A stretch of DNA of 64,000 nt from Octopus sinensis (lineage: Eukaryota): positions 155,310,001-155,374,000 of the forward strand of contig NC_042998.1 in NCBI RefSeq assembly GCF_006345805.1, written 5' to 3'. The notes under the pieces were generated by a model. It worked only from the letters and a program-made list of their open reading frames with translations, was not told the origin of the DNA and ran no database searches. The position numbers and the translations under genes are program-made. This document shows, one piece after another, positions 49,030-62,517 of the stretch; the first letter of the stretch is position 1, and every line of letters starts with the position of its first letter.

Positions 49030-50060
49030 TGGGAGCTGCGACAGGTGTCAAGCGATCAACCCTGTTATGGATGTGTATGAGCCGGGAAACATCTCAGTAG
49101 AGCACAACTAGAGACAATTGATGGTGGATATGACACACTACTTGCAGGGGATAGCTCTCTTGATGGTCGACTGGACTGGGTTAGATGGTCATATGGAAGG
49201 AAATGAAGATGGGTACTACAGTTGTGGTGACATGTATCCTGAAGAAGGTATTCCTGAAGTGGAGCTCTGTGGATGAATTGCTGATGGGCAATGGCACTGC
49301 ACTCCATTTGGAGATGCTTGCTAAGTGGAATGTGCACTGCTTTTTCAGAGCAGCATAGAGGCTTAGTGGTAATGGGACTGTAGAAAGACACCATCACATG
49401 ATCAAGGCCATGGCAGAGAGGGGATGCATCTCATTACTGGAAGCAGAATTCTGGTACAATATGTCCCCCAGTGAAAACATGCCAAAGAATCTGTACCACA
49501 CAGAGTGATATGAATGGCAGCACTTGAGTTCAACATCAGAATGTTCTGTGGAGGGGATACCTTCATGATGGTAGAAGTTAAAGTCTGGGTTTAGCTCCTG
49601 AAGGCATGCTGCACATCTCACCGAAACAGAGGAACATTGACAGCTGTTAATTCCAAAAATAATGTTTCTGTGGATGCAATGTCATGTCATGTCTTGGATG
49701 TTTGCAGAATTGTCACTTCTTCAGACAACAAAGGTGGAGGAGAGGAAGTGAGTGGAGCTCCATCCCTGCGGAGATCACAGCAAGTGACATGTCTGCCTGG
49801 GTGGATGGCAGATTTCAACATGGAGTGAAATGAGGAGGTGATCTTTGAGATTAGTGGGGTCATGTGGAGAGGAGGTGAACTACAAGGAAAGGGCAATGAT
49901 GTCAACAGTCTAGGGCCCCCACTGGAAGTGGAAGAGGAAGTGAGGGAAGTAGCACCAGTATGGTTCTCTTTGGCCTTGAGCAGTTGTGGCAAGAAGATGC
50001 ATGTGGATGCATGGGTGAGACAGGCCGTTAACAGAAGCTACTGGCAATAAATGAGATACG
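49030..50060 (-). mobile_element. Highly decayed LINE RT (CR1/Jockey-like)
   Basis: Scattered motifs (TVVPI, DPSNP) in shifting frames; GC-richer block. Confidence 0.35.
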
Positions 50061-50245
50061 TAGGACACATATTGGATTTAACACAGCTGGACAGCCAACA
50101 CTGAGAGGTAGGTGAACCATATTTTGTTCCTCACACTACAGTTCCCTCATACTACAATATATATCTGAGTGTGCGTGTGTGTGTATTTATATATATAATT
50201 TGTGTGTGTGTGTGTGTGCATATATGTGTATGCATGTGTATATAT

Positions 50246-50289
<44 letters not shown>

Positions 50290-50819
50290 GAAATATGTTC
50301 CAAAAAGAAAATAGAAACTACAAGTGGAAAAGACATAGAGAAAGTAAGAAGAAATAAGCGAAAATGCACATTGAATATCAAATAATTAAGGCTTTTTATG
50401 AAAAGTAGCAATAAATAAATACAATTAAATGAACTGAAGTAGAATTAAAAAGAATTAAATTCATTATTTTGAATTGATAAAGATATTCAAAGTCAAACCG
50501 GTGTCGTCATTGCTGTCCACTGGCTTTGAATGCATACTGATTATCAAAATGGTGATGGGTCTACTAGTCCTTGAGTAAAAAGATTGTGTAAGGGGGGTAA
50601 GTAGTTCTGGACTTGGAGCAATTAGAGTTCTGAGGAGAGTGCTTGAATTTAAAATGAATGAACCACAAAAGCAAGGTCAACGAAAGAAACATGGAGTTGA
50701 CAGGTTGAGAAAGAGATTGGGAGGGTTGGCTTGAGGAGGGAGGATGCCCAAAACTGGGCGAGATGGTGAGATGGTGTGAGAGTGGTTGCTGTAAGGGTGA
50801 GGTAGATCTGGCCACCACC

Positions 50820-51800
50820 ATTAATACACAAAACCAAAACCAAAGTCTTAGTTAGTAAGTAAGAAAGTGCACAAATTACAAATCCCCTCAGGTAGATGGC
50901 CCTGCTTGATCTGTAGAAAAGGCGTAGATAGAAACTCCATAGGATGTACACATAAGTGGTGCAGTAATATCAGAGGAAGGTTAACAGGGAAAATACTTCT
51001 TGTATGTGGAAGGTGAACAGGTACAATAAACACCACAAATGTACAGAAAATAGACTCCATCAAATACCAGGTGGGTAATTGAAAGCTTCCATTATCTAGG
51101 TGACCAAGTTAGTAGTGGAGGTCGATGCTCCAAGAATGTAGCTACAAGAATAAGAACAAGATGGGCAAAGTTCAGAGTGCTCCTACCTCTGTTGATAACA
51201 AAGAGCCTCTCCCTCAGACAGAAAAGCAGACTGTATGATACCTGTGTGTGAACAGCTATGCTACATGGCAGTGAAACATGGGCTGTGACTACCAAGGACA
51301 AGCATAGGCTTGAAAGAAATGAAGATAGTATGTTTCACTGGATGTGTAATGTCAGTGGGCATGTATGACAAAGTGTAAGCATCTTGAGAGAAAAACTGGG
51401 CATAAGAGACATCAGATGTGATGTGCAAGAGAGATGACTGTACATGAGTAGAGTCATGTGATGCATATAGATGAGGACAGTTGTATAGTGAAATGCCAAT
51501 CTCTAATTGTGGAGGGAACCTGTGGAAGAGGTAAACCCAGGAAGACATGGGAAGGTGGTGAAGCATGATCTTTGAGTGTTGGGCTTCATAGAAGTGATGA
51601 CAAGTGACTGAGAAGTCTGGTGGTATGCTGTGCATGAGAAGACTTGTCAGGCCAAATGAAGTTGTAATTGTGGCTATGCCAGTGTCATATAAATGACACC
51701 CGTGCATCGTAGTCGCAGTCATTGCTGATGCCATGTAAATGAGACCTGTGAATTGTAGTCATGGTTGTTTGCTGCGGTGCCATTTACATGGCACCTATGA
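50820..51800 (+). mobile_element. RTE LINE copy 5, old 3' fragment
   Basis: Homologous to 46200-47100, including a decayed PHD segment. Confidence 0.85.
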
Positions 51801-52149
51801 ATCATAGTCGTCGTCACTGCCGGTGCCATGCATATGATTATGATGATGTATATACATATGTACATATATATATATATATGTGTGTGTGTGTGTATATATA
51901 TATATAGTAGAAATATGTTGTAAAAAGAAAATATAAAATACACGTGGAAATGTAAGGGTAAAATATGAAAAATCAATGAAAATGCACATTGCAAAATAAA
52001 AAAAGGCTATTTATGACAGGTAACGACAAATATATACATTTAGATTGACTGAGGTAGTAATACGAGTCATAAAAGTCATTATTATGAGATGATTATAAGA
52101 TGATAATAAAGAGAGAGAAAAATATATATATTTTTAAAATAAAGAGAAA

Positions 52150-54238
52150 GAAATATATATATATATATATCATCATCGTCGTTTAACGTCCGCTTTCCAT
52201 GCTGGCATGAGTTGGACGATTTGACTGAATCAGATGGCTGCACCAGGCTCCAATCTTGATTTGGCAGAGTTTCTACAGCTGGATGCCCTTCCTAACGCCA
52301 ACCACTCCAAGAGTGTAATGGGTGCTTTTGCGTGCCACTGACACGAGGGTCAGTTAGGCGGTACTGGTAGCGGTCACGGAAAATCATGTCTTTTTTTTTA
52401 CGTGTCACCTGCACACAGGCACAAGTGCTAGTAAGGCATAGCTGGTAACGATCACGCTCGAATGGTGCTTTTTACCTGCCACCGGCATGAACGCCAGTTA
52501 GGTGCTCTGACAACGATCACGCTCGGATGGTGCTCTAAGTGCTCCACTAGCACGGATGCCAGTCATCAAATTTGATTTCGATTCTGATTTCACTTGCCTC
52601 AACAGGTCTTCGCAAGCAGTGTCCAATAAAGGGAAGGTACGCATAAGTGGGTTGGTTACACCCCTAGCTTAGGCTACAAGGTTATGGTCTTACTTGGCTT
52701 GCCAGGTCATCTCAGCACAGCATATTTCCAACAAGGTTATGATCTCATTTGGCTAGCCAGGTCTTCTCAAGCACAGCATATTTCCAAAATTCTCGGTCAC
52801 TGGTCATTGCCTTGGTGAGGCCTAATGTTTGAAGGTCGTGCTTCATCACTTCATCCCAGGTCCTCATGGATCTACCTTTTCCACAGGTTCCCTCAACCGC
52901 TAGGGTGTGGCACTTTTTCACACAGCTATCCTCATCCACTCTCGCCACATGACCATACCAGCACAGTCGTCTCTCTTGCACACTACATCTGATGCTTCTT
53001 AGGTCCAACTTTTCTCTCAAGGTATTTACACTCTGTCGAGTATGCACACTGACATTACACATCCATCGGATCATACTGGCTTCATTCCTTGCGAACTTAC
53101 GCATGTCCTCTGCAGTCACAGCATATGTTTCACTGCCATGTAGCATGGCTGTTTGTACACATGCATCATACAGTCTACCTTTTACTCTGAGCGAGAGGCC
53201 TTTTGTCACCAGCAGAGGTAAGAGCTCTCTAAACTTTGCCCAGGCTATTCTTATTCTAGCAGCTACACTTTCAGTGCATCCCCCTCCCACTACTGACTTG
53301 GTTGCCTAGGTAACGGAAGCTATCAACTACTTCTAGTTTTTCTCCTTGGAATGTGACGGAAGTTGTTCTCTGCCCATTTTCAGTGTTTATTGCTCCTGAG
53401 CATCTGCCACATACAAAAACTATCTTTCCAGTTAGCCTTCCTTTGATATTGCTGCACCTCTTATGTGTCCATAGCTTACACTGGGTACATCTTATAGAGT
53501 TTCTACCTACACTTTTTCTACAGATCAAGCAGGGCCATCTACCTAAAGAGATTTGTGGTTTGCCTGCCTTCCTACTTATTAGAACTTTGGTTTTAGCTAG
53601 GTTGACTCTAAGGCTCTTCGATTCTAATCCTTGTTTTCACACCTGAAACTTCTCCTCCAGTTCTGATAGTGACTCAGCAATTAGAGCAAGGTCATCAGCA
53701 TAGAGGAGCTCCCAGGGGCATCCTGTCTTGAATTCCTCTGTTATTGCTTGGAGGACTATGATAAACAGGAGGGGGCTGAGGACTGAACCTTGGTGGACCC
53801 CTACCTCTACCCGGAATTCTTCACTGTACTCATTGCCAACTCTCACCTTACTGACAGCGTCCCTGTACATGGCTTGCACAGCTCTCACTAACCATTCATC
53901 TATCCCTAGTTTCCTCATTGACCACCAGATAAGGGATCGGGGGACCCTGTCAAAAGCTTTCTCCATGTCAACAAAAGCCAGGTACAGAGGTTTATCTTTG
54001 GCCAGGTATTTCTCCTGCAGCTGTCTTACCAGAAATAGCATTGGTGGTGCTTTTCCCTGGCACAAACCCAAACTGCATCTCATCTAATCTGACCCTCTCC
54101 GTGACCTTCATTACCTGATCCAGCAACTTGATACCTCTGTAATTATTTGTATCTAAAGCGTCACCTTTTCCTTTGTAGCAGTTGTCTATAGTGCTGCTAC
54201 ACCAGTCATTGGGTATGACTCCTTTATGTATCACCTGG
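52150..54238 (-). mobile_element. RTE LINE copy 6, 5' truncated
   Basis: RT, PHD, C-terminus, 3' UTR and (GAT)n tail. Confidence 0.95.
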
Positions 54239-57200
54239 TTAACAATATGGGTGACTCGGCTACAGCCGACACTGCCAGATATTTTGAACATCTCTGCTCA
54301 ACATATGGAAAGTATGCTGGCTAAATGGCTCTGGTCTGGGGAAAGACCTGGCCACCTACCCCAGTATCCTGGCCAATATACTCTATGGATCAAAAGTGTA
54401 AGAATTCTAATATGATGGTACCAAACAGTGGGACCCCCGGGCTGCGAGATACCACATTGGCTACTGGGGAAGAGCACAAGAATAATCATAATAGCGGCGG
54501 TATTGATGACGCGGATGGGACAAATCCTTCTGGACACCTGCCTTGCTGATGTAGCCACCAGCGAACTGAGATCCCTGCGCTGCACAAAAGTCACAAAAAT
54601 TGGAACATGGAACGTAAGGGGGGTGAACATTGGGAAGTTGGACACCATCAAGAAGGAAATGAATCGGTTAAACATCGATATCCTGGGAGCCAGCGAAGTT
54701 CATTGGACTGGCAATATATCCAAGTGCATTGAAAGTTACCAGACCATGAGTGATCGAGTGATTACCATTCGCATCAAAGCCAAACCCAACATCACATCGC
54801 AACAAATCTACGCACCAACTACCGACACCAAAGAAGATGAGATTGAACAATTCTATGCAGAAATTCAGGGTGCAATCAAGGAAACACCACGAGCAGATGT
54901 GTATATTCTGGGAGATTTCAATGCCAAAATTGGAGAAAGGGCAGAAGTAGACATCGTTGGCAAATTTGAATTAGGAGAACGGAATGAAGCAGGAGATCGA
55001 CTGGGCAAATTTGGATTAGGAGAACGGAATGAAGCAGGAGATCGACTGGTCAAATTTTGTCAAGAACAACACATGCAATTAACCAATACTTGGTTTCGGC
55101 AACCAAGAAGAAGGTTATACACCTGGACGTCGCCAAGTGGACAGTACCGCAATCAAATCGACTACATCCTATGTCAGCAACGGTGGAAGAGTTCAGTCCA
55201 AGCTGTGAAGACGTTCCCTGGGGCAGACTGTGGATCTGACCATGAACTTCTGGTTGCCAAGATCAAGATGCAACTCTGCAGCGTCAAGCAATCACCCGCT
55301 TACTAGCAAGATCGGTCCATCATATGCTGCTGAGATCAGAAACCGCTTCGAACTGCTCGCCATCGAAGAGAATCAAGAAGCAGAAGAAATATGGGAGAAG
55401 GTGAAGGAAATTGTCGTTGAAACAGCAGAGAAACATGTACTGTACAAGAAACCCATACGATCAGCAAAGTGGATTTCGGAAGAGACTATTGCAATAGCAG
55501 AAGAAAGAAGGAGAGCAAAGATGACCAGAAGCAGGGATGAAGTGCAGCACCTGAATGCAAAGTTCCAACAGGCCGCCAGGAAGGACAAAGAGAAATACTG
55601 GAATGAGGAATGTGCAAGGGCAGAGGAGGCATACAGAAAAAGGAAAACATGAGAGAACTTTACCAACAGGTAAAGAAGACCCGTACAGCTTTCATGGCCA
55701 GACAAACAACCATCCGAGGGAGAAATGGTGAAGAACTGCATGACCAAGAAGGGATCGGGAAAAGATGGAAAGAGTACACTGAACAGTTGTATGCAGGGAA
55801 TAACCTCGATGAACAGGCAGAAGAGAAGCCACTGGAACTGGAACTGGAGCCAGACATCCTGGAGGATGAGGTGGTATGGGCAATGAAACAGCTGGCCAAC
55901 CGAAAAGCCCCAGGTACTGATGGTATTCCACTAGAATTACTCAAGCCAATACCAACAAAAACACTAACATCGCTTTGCCAACGAATATGGAGAACCTGTA
56001 AGTGGCCAAGGGAATGGAAGAGGTCAGTTTTCATCCCAATACCAAAGAAAAGAGATACCAAGGACTGCGCAAACTACTGTACCATCACCCTGATCCCCCA
56101 TGTAAGCAAAATTCTCCTTAAAATCATCCAGAAGCACCTGAACACAACTATTGAGAGAGAATTGCCAGAGGTGCAAGCTGGTTTCAGAAAGGGAAGAGGC
56201 ACCCGCGATCACATCGCCAACCTACGGTGGATTATGGAAAAGGCAAGAGAATACCAAAAGAAGCTGTACATGTGTTTCATCGGTTACTCCAAAGCCGTTG
56301 ACAGTATTGATCATGACAAGTTATGGAAATGTCTGGAGGAAATGGGAACACCTTTACACCTTGTCCAGCTATCAAAACCAAGAGGCTACTGTACAGACAC
56401 CATATGGCGACACTGATTGGTTTGAGATTGGAAAAGGCACTCGGCAAGGTTGCATCCTGTCACCAGCAGCCTTCAACATGTACGCTGAAATGGTCATGAG
56501 GAATGCAGGCCTGGAGGATAGCAGCATTGGAGTGAGGATTGGAGGAAGAAATATTAATAACCTTCGCTATGCAGATGATACAACCCTGCTGGTGGAGAAT
56601 GGTAATCATCTGGGGGATCGTGTCCTGCTGGTGAAGAAAGGGAGTGAGAAATTTGGGCTGTACCTCAATGTTAAGAAAACGAAGATCATGTCAACAGCAG
56701 CCACAACAAACATCAGCATCAAGATTGATATTGAAGAGATCGAAGTGGTTGATGATTTCATCTTCCTTGGCTCCAAAATAAATTGAGATGGTGACTGCAC
56801 TCCAGAAATAAGACGGCGGATAGTACTAGGCAGAGAGGCAATGGTCAGCATGAGCAGGGTCTGGAAGAGTAGAGACATCAGACTCGCTACCAAATGCAGA
56901 TTGGTGAATGCAATTGTCTTCAGATGTGAGACCTGGACACTAAAGAAAGCTGACCAGAAGAGAATTATTGCATTCGAGCTTTGATGTTGGAGAAAACTTT
57001 TACGGATTCCATGGACAGCGAGGCTCACCAATGGAGAAGTTCTTAAGTAGATCAGGCCAAAAATGTCGCTAGAAGCTAGGATCACCAAGCATAGATTGGC
57101 ATATTTTGGTCATATTATGCAGAGAAAATCCCTGGAGAAGGACATCATGCTCGGAATGGTCAGTGGCAAGAGAGGAAGAGGCCGACCAAGAACCCGCTGG

Positions 57201-57330
57201 CTTGACACCATCAAGAGTGATACCGGAATGGACATAGCCAATCTGAAAGAAGCAGCCCAGGATAGAACTAACTGGAGGACACTAATCCAACGAGTAACTG
57301 ATAGTCGACTTCGACTGAGCGGATAGATAG
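54239..57330 (+). mobile_element. BovB-like RTE LINE, near full-length, distinct family
   Basis: 5' CTACTGGGGAAGAGC; IGTWNVRG...KEMNRL.IDILG.SEVHW; LYTWTSP...RNQIDYI; EVQAGFRKGRGTRDHI; NNLRYADDTTL; GRPRTRWLD; (ATAG)n tail. Confidence 0.92.
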
Positions 57331-57949
57331 ATCAACATCTCATAAATTTTCAAAACATTTTAATCCTAAAAAAGCTTACCCCATCATTTCCAAGGCCATG
57401 ATGAAAAAAAATTGGGAAAATCCCTATCAAAACAGAGAAAATCCAACTTATGTGGGCATCCTGATCTGAAATGACTGCATTTATAGCCATTTTTAATAGT
57501 CCATTAAAATTTTATAGGAATGGTGTCATATCCTAAAATCTCAGGATTTATTTAGTTCCATAGCTACTACAAATGTGCAAAAACTGAAGTCCCTGTGGTT
57601 TGTACTTTTGGATTTAACTAGGTCTGAAAATACTGCAAAATTGACTGTTTGTTACATATAACAAAATATGCTTTACATAAATATTCAAAAAATCCACCCC
57701 ACAAAGTTTTCTTTCCAAGAACCTGAAGAAAAAAAGGCAACTGCTATAACACTATTAATTTGTGTAATCTGAAGATGATTATCATCTCAGTTTCAAATAT
57801 GTGACATCATAAATATGGTTAATTACACGAGATTTCAACCAATTCATTGATCATTCAAATTGTCATATTTCCTAAAATAGTCATCTAAATTTCACAAGTA
57901 AGGTATCAAAATGTTTCTTTTTGGAAGCTCTCCAAGAAAAAGTAGAGTA

Positions 57950-58700
57950 GAAATAACATTTGAATATTTTCAAAAATTCACAGTAACAACTACTATAAGC
58001 AAAAACTTACACTCTTTAAGTGCCAAACCTTAAGAAATATTCTTTGCTGTCAATTTAAATTGAGTTGGTAGAATTTCTGTATTCTCAGCTCACTCTTGCT
58101 CTTGCTTATTAAACTTGCACCTCAACCACATCATCCTCTATGACTTCATTTTCAAGAATCAAAATATCTTCCTTAATTTGATGTAGACTTTCCACTTGCA
58201 GAAAATTGGCTAAATTCATGGTTACAATCTGATCATATATTTTTCCAAGCACTATTCAAAATTGGGGTTTGCACTTCACCCCATGACTCAGCCCTCTTAT
58301 TCACAGTATCCATCACATAGAATTTCTTCAGAAAGTTTCTAATTGTAGGTTTATTTTCCCTATTAATGACTTTCAAAAGTTGTTTAAAAGTTTTCCTCAG
58401 ATAATATCTTGAAGTCATCTATAACACCATGATCCATTGACTAGAGTGAAGAAGCTATATTTTTGGAGATATATTCTATTCTCACACATTATCAGAAAGA
58501 TATTTTAAATTTACTGGGGGACTTAGTGCATTGTCTAAAAGGAGCAACACTTTGTTCTCATATAATCAATCAGCTGTTAGATTCTTCAGTTCCCATACAC
58601 TAGTTGGTATGTTTCATGTTACTATTAGCTTTGTCAATATTTTTAACTTCAGACAAGGTGACATTTATTGCCAGCTATGTAAATATTCATAATTAAAAAC
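57950..58700 (-). pseudogene. Tigger/pogo-type DDE_1 transposase fragment
   Basis: LDNA; SMDHGVI (PMDQGVI-like); YYLRKTF..LL...ESWGEV....LNSAWKNI. Confidence 0.7.
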
Positions 58701-59634
58701 ATTTTTTAAATGGCTTCAAACATGAAATATGAATGAAACACAAAAGTTCTTTATAAAACGAAAACCATTATATAGCAGTTTAAAGTAGTTTTCTCAGCAG
58801 CATATCTGGCAATCAATCACTGGTCCTTGAAAAGAACCACCTATCACAGCAAAAATGACTTCTGGAAGCTCTGTGGGTGTACATATTACATGCACAACTC
58901 AACAACTCATCCAATCTCTTTCTCATATTGCTATCCAACCCTTGCACCTATCTCACAGCAGCTTCCCACTCCTGATTCCAAATTTTCTTTCTTGTTATCC
59001 AGAACCATTTTTACTTGTTATCCATTCTTCGTCCATTAATATTGTTCTCTGTACCCACACATTATATTGATCTACCCATCCCTCATTCTCACACTGCACA
59101 ATGGAATTCTCTCTTCATGCACTAAACCTGACTCTCCCTGCCTTCTCTTGTAGCATACTCAAACACATCATCTCTCTTTTGTGTTTCCCATGTTAACTGT
59201 TGTTACTACTCTCTTCTTGTGGCCTTCTACCTTCCAGACTTGTGTGTCATTGACTATCTCCACCCCTGCATCCATCACTCCATACATCCACCTGTCAATC
59301 CTACCCATTCTTTATAGGTGTTTCCTGCTTCTCCTCATCCATTTCCTTAGCTCCTACTCCCATGTACATTCTTCTAAATCCCCGTCCACTCACACTCCTA
59401 GTTTCTGTTCCCACTCATTTCTACTCACCTTGTGCCTTGAAGTGCCACCTGGACAACTTATCACCAATATTTATCTTTTTGGAGATGCCATTATTTCATT
59501 CTCATTCTCTTCCCTAAATGTGAGTAGCTATGTAGCTCCTCTACAACAGGAATCTGCTCTGTCCCATCTCCCTCACTCATACCTTAACTCCTCTCTGCTT
59601 GCAAGCTACATGGGGACTTCCCTAGTGCCAGTGG

Positions 59635-59800
59635 AAAGCATCCACTACACACTATAAATTGGTTGGCACTAGGAGGAGCATCCAGCCATAGAAACCACGA
59701 AGCAGAGAAACTACTGGAGTACATTGCAATCTTTATACTTATTAGATCCTGTGAAACTGTCTAACCCATGCCAGCATGGAACATGGATATTAAATGATGA
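59635..59800 (+). mobile_element. Old RTE-tail / SINE fragment
   Basis: Diverged match to the tail ending AACCCATGCCAGCATGGAA...TAAATGATGAT. Confidence 0.6.
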
Positions 59801-60255
59801 TATTTGTTCAATCACCTTCTGTTAGTATAGTTCTTTTATATGTAAGTGAATTATGTTTTTATCTATATATTAACCAGGATTCTACCTTTGTAAAATGTAT
59901 AAAACACCAAGAAAAGTAACTTAAATTGTAAGAAAATCTGCAATTTATTTTGGTACTGATTATAGCAGACAGCAGCTTTAGCGGTTATGGCAGTGATGGT
60001 AACAGAGATAGCACTGATGACATTGATAGTAATAATAGTAAATGCAGATAGAGAGGGGGGGGGGAAGAAAGAGAGAGTAATATAGGAGTTTCTAAGAAGA
60101 GAGAGGCTGTGATGTCACAGTATCATTAGCTATATTGTCTTCTTATGGATTATACATACAACTTGTGTAGAGTAATATAAATTCCAGTACCTTGTTATTT
60201 ATAAATTTTACACATAATGCTCTGATTGAATTTTTATTTTTAATATGTAAATATT

Positions 60256-60493
60256 GGAGGCGCAATGGCCCAGTGGTTAGGGCAGCAGACTTGCGGTCGT
60301 AGGATCTCGGTTTCGATTCCCAGACCGGGCGTTGTGTGTGCTTATTGAGCGAAAACACCTAAAAGCTCCACGAGGCTCCGGCAGGGGATGGTGGTGATCC
60401 CTGCTGTACTCTTTCACCACTCTAAAGGCGGTGCTCCAGCATGGCCGCAGTCAAATGACTGAAACAAGTACAAAAAAAAAAAAAAAAAAAAAA
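60256..60493 (+). mobile_element. tRNA-derived SINE with a different head, shared tail and poly(A)
   Basis: A box TGGCCCAGTGG, B box GGTTTCGATTCC; tail AAAGGCGGTGCTCCAGCATGGCCGCAGTCAAATGACTGAAACAAG shared with the 39582 family; A22 run. Confidence 0.85.
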
Positions 60494-60929
60494 TTCACCA
60501 TGTGGTATATACAACTGTGACAAGAATGAAGTTAGATTTTAATGTGTAGACATTATTACTTGGATTTTTTCTGAAATACAATTATATATTTTACCTATTT
60601 TTGAAGATTTGTTATATATTCACATTGTAAAGTAATTTAATTTATCTTCTTAATTCAGCCTGTGATTATTGATTTGATTACTGATATTTTGTGTTGAAAA
60701 TTGAATTTGTTTTATCCTATATGAAATTTAGGGATTTTCTCAATTTTTAAATGATGATCTTGTGAAATTTTTGCAATTTTGGTACACAGGCATGAACTAA
60801 ATGTGTCCTAATACACATTTAAAAAAAAAAAATTCCTTTCTTGTGAATAAAATTTTCTATTCGAATGCCTGTGCGAATATGGTATTGTTATCAACCCCAG
60901 CAAGTGTTTTTTCGGAGTTGTGTCCCTTC

Positions 60930-62517
60930 ATTTTCTCCGGCACATTGTTAATAAGGATGGCATTCGCCCACTTGCTGAGAAAGTCAAAGTCATCATGATT
61001 TTTCCACCACTCACATCTCTCCACAAATTGCGGGAATTTCTTGGCTTGGTAAATTTCTACCAGAGATTTTTTACTCCACTGTGCAGAGACAGCCCAACCT
61101 CTCACAGATTTGCTGCGACAGCAAACATGCAAAAATACAAACATTGCCTTGAGCAAAGAACAACTTGCCTCTTTCGCTACCTTGAAAAAAGCATTATCTA
61201 ACGCTACCATGCTGGTGTATCCTAAACCAGACACCCCACTGTATGTACTAGTTGATGCATCTCATTCCAGAGTTGGAAGTGTGTACACAACAGACATTCC
61301 TCACATCAAGGGTGCAAACAACTCTGCAGTTGATGCTCTGTCATGCATGGAACTTAACGCTATCCACACCACTGCTACAATTGATCACCAGTAGATTGCA
61401 GCTGATCAACAAGATGACGAAGAACTATTACAGCTCCTGAATTCATCATCTCTGAAATTTCAGTAATCACGGATACCCTCTACTACAGGCTATATTCAGT
61501 GCAACACCTCCACCAATCATGAATGTCCATATGTGCTACAGAAATATATATGTGCCATTTTCTCTGCTTTGCATTCCCTAACACATCATGGTGTTCGCGC
61601 AACACAAAAGCTGATATCGACCCATTTTGTGTGGCCCAACATCAGCAAGGACTCCCACGATTGGCTAAAAAGCAAAAGTCTACTGATACATTAAATCTCC
61701 CATCAGTTCCTTTGCAACTTCAGATGCACATTTTCAATATGTGTATATTGATATCGTTGGACCCTTGCCTCCTTCCAACAACTGCACTCACCTGCTCACC
61801 GGTGTTGACAGAATTTCTCACTGGCTAGAAGCTTTTCCTTTATTGGACACGTCTACAGAGACTGTTGCCAAAATGCTAGTGTTTCACTGGGTTTTGCAAT
61901 TTGGCACACCCACAACGATCACCACAGAGGACATCAAGTTCAATTTTCACCTTTTCACCAAGCTGACTCATCTCCTCGGGTGTAAACACACCTGCACAAC
62001 AACTTACCACCCCGCAGAAAATGGCATGGTCAAACGCTTTCACAGCCAACTCAAGGTGGCTATAAAAGCATATCCAGACTGCCCCAATTGGTTGGAATAT
62101 CTCCCTCTCATCCTCCTTGGTATTCAATCTATGGTTAAGGAGGGAGTTGGACATACTCTGGCTGAACTGGTCTATGGCACAGCACTTGCCTTACCTGGGC
62201 AGATGATTGACCCTGTTTCACCACAAAACTTTCTGGACCCAGCAAAATATGTGCACCACTTACGGACATCTATCTTGCATTTGTTCCCTGGAGGCCCCAG
62301 ACAACAGAATGTCACTTCACATGTCTCAAAGGACATCAATAGTTGGATGCATGTTTTCGTTAGAAATGATGGAATACCTTCTCAACTTTGGTCACCATAT
62401 TCTGGGCCCTACAAAGTAATCCAAAAAGAACCAAAATATTTCGTTCTTGATATTGGAGGAAAACAAAATATTGTCTCTGTTGGTTGCTTAAAAAAAGCAT
62501 TCATCTGTAAGAATTAA
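60930..62517 (+). mobile_element. Ty3/Gypsy pol pseudogene (RT end, RNase H, integrase)
   Basis: LREFLGLVNFYQRF; LVDAS; HIKGANN..VDALS; H..SHHG integrase zinc region; IDIVGPLP...VDR.SHW.EAFP; TTYHP..NGMV.RFH; PYSGPYKV. Confidence 0.92.

Noticed and set aside
54250-54380. HDV-like ribozyme at the 5' end of the BovB-like RTE
   Set aside because: Could not build the nested double pseudoknot by hand; the 5' end appears truncated. An RNArobo or Infernal search would settle it
60256-60330. Functional tRNA gene
   Set aside because: The tRNA-like head continues into a SINE body and shared tail; no complete cloverleaf
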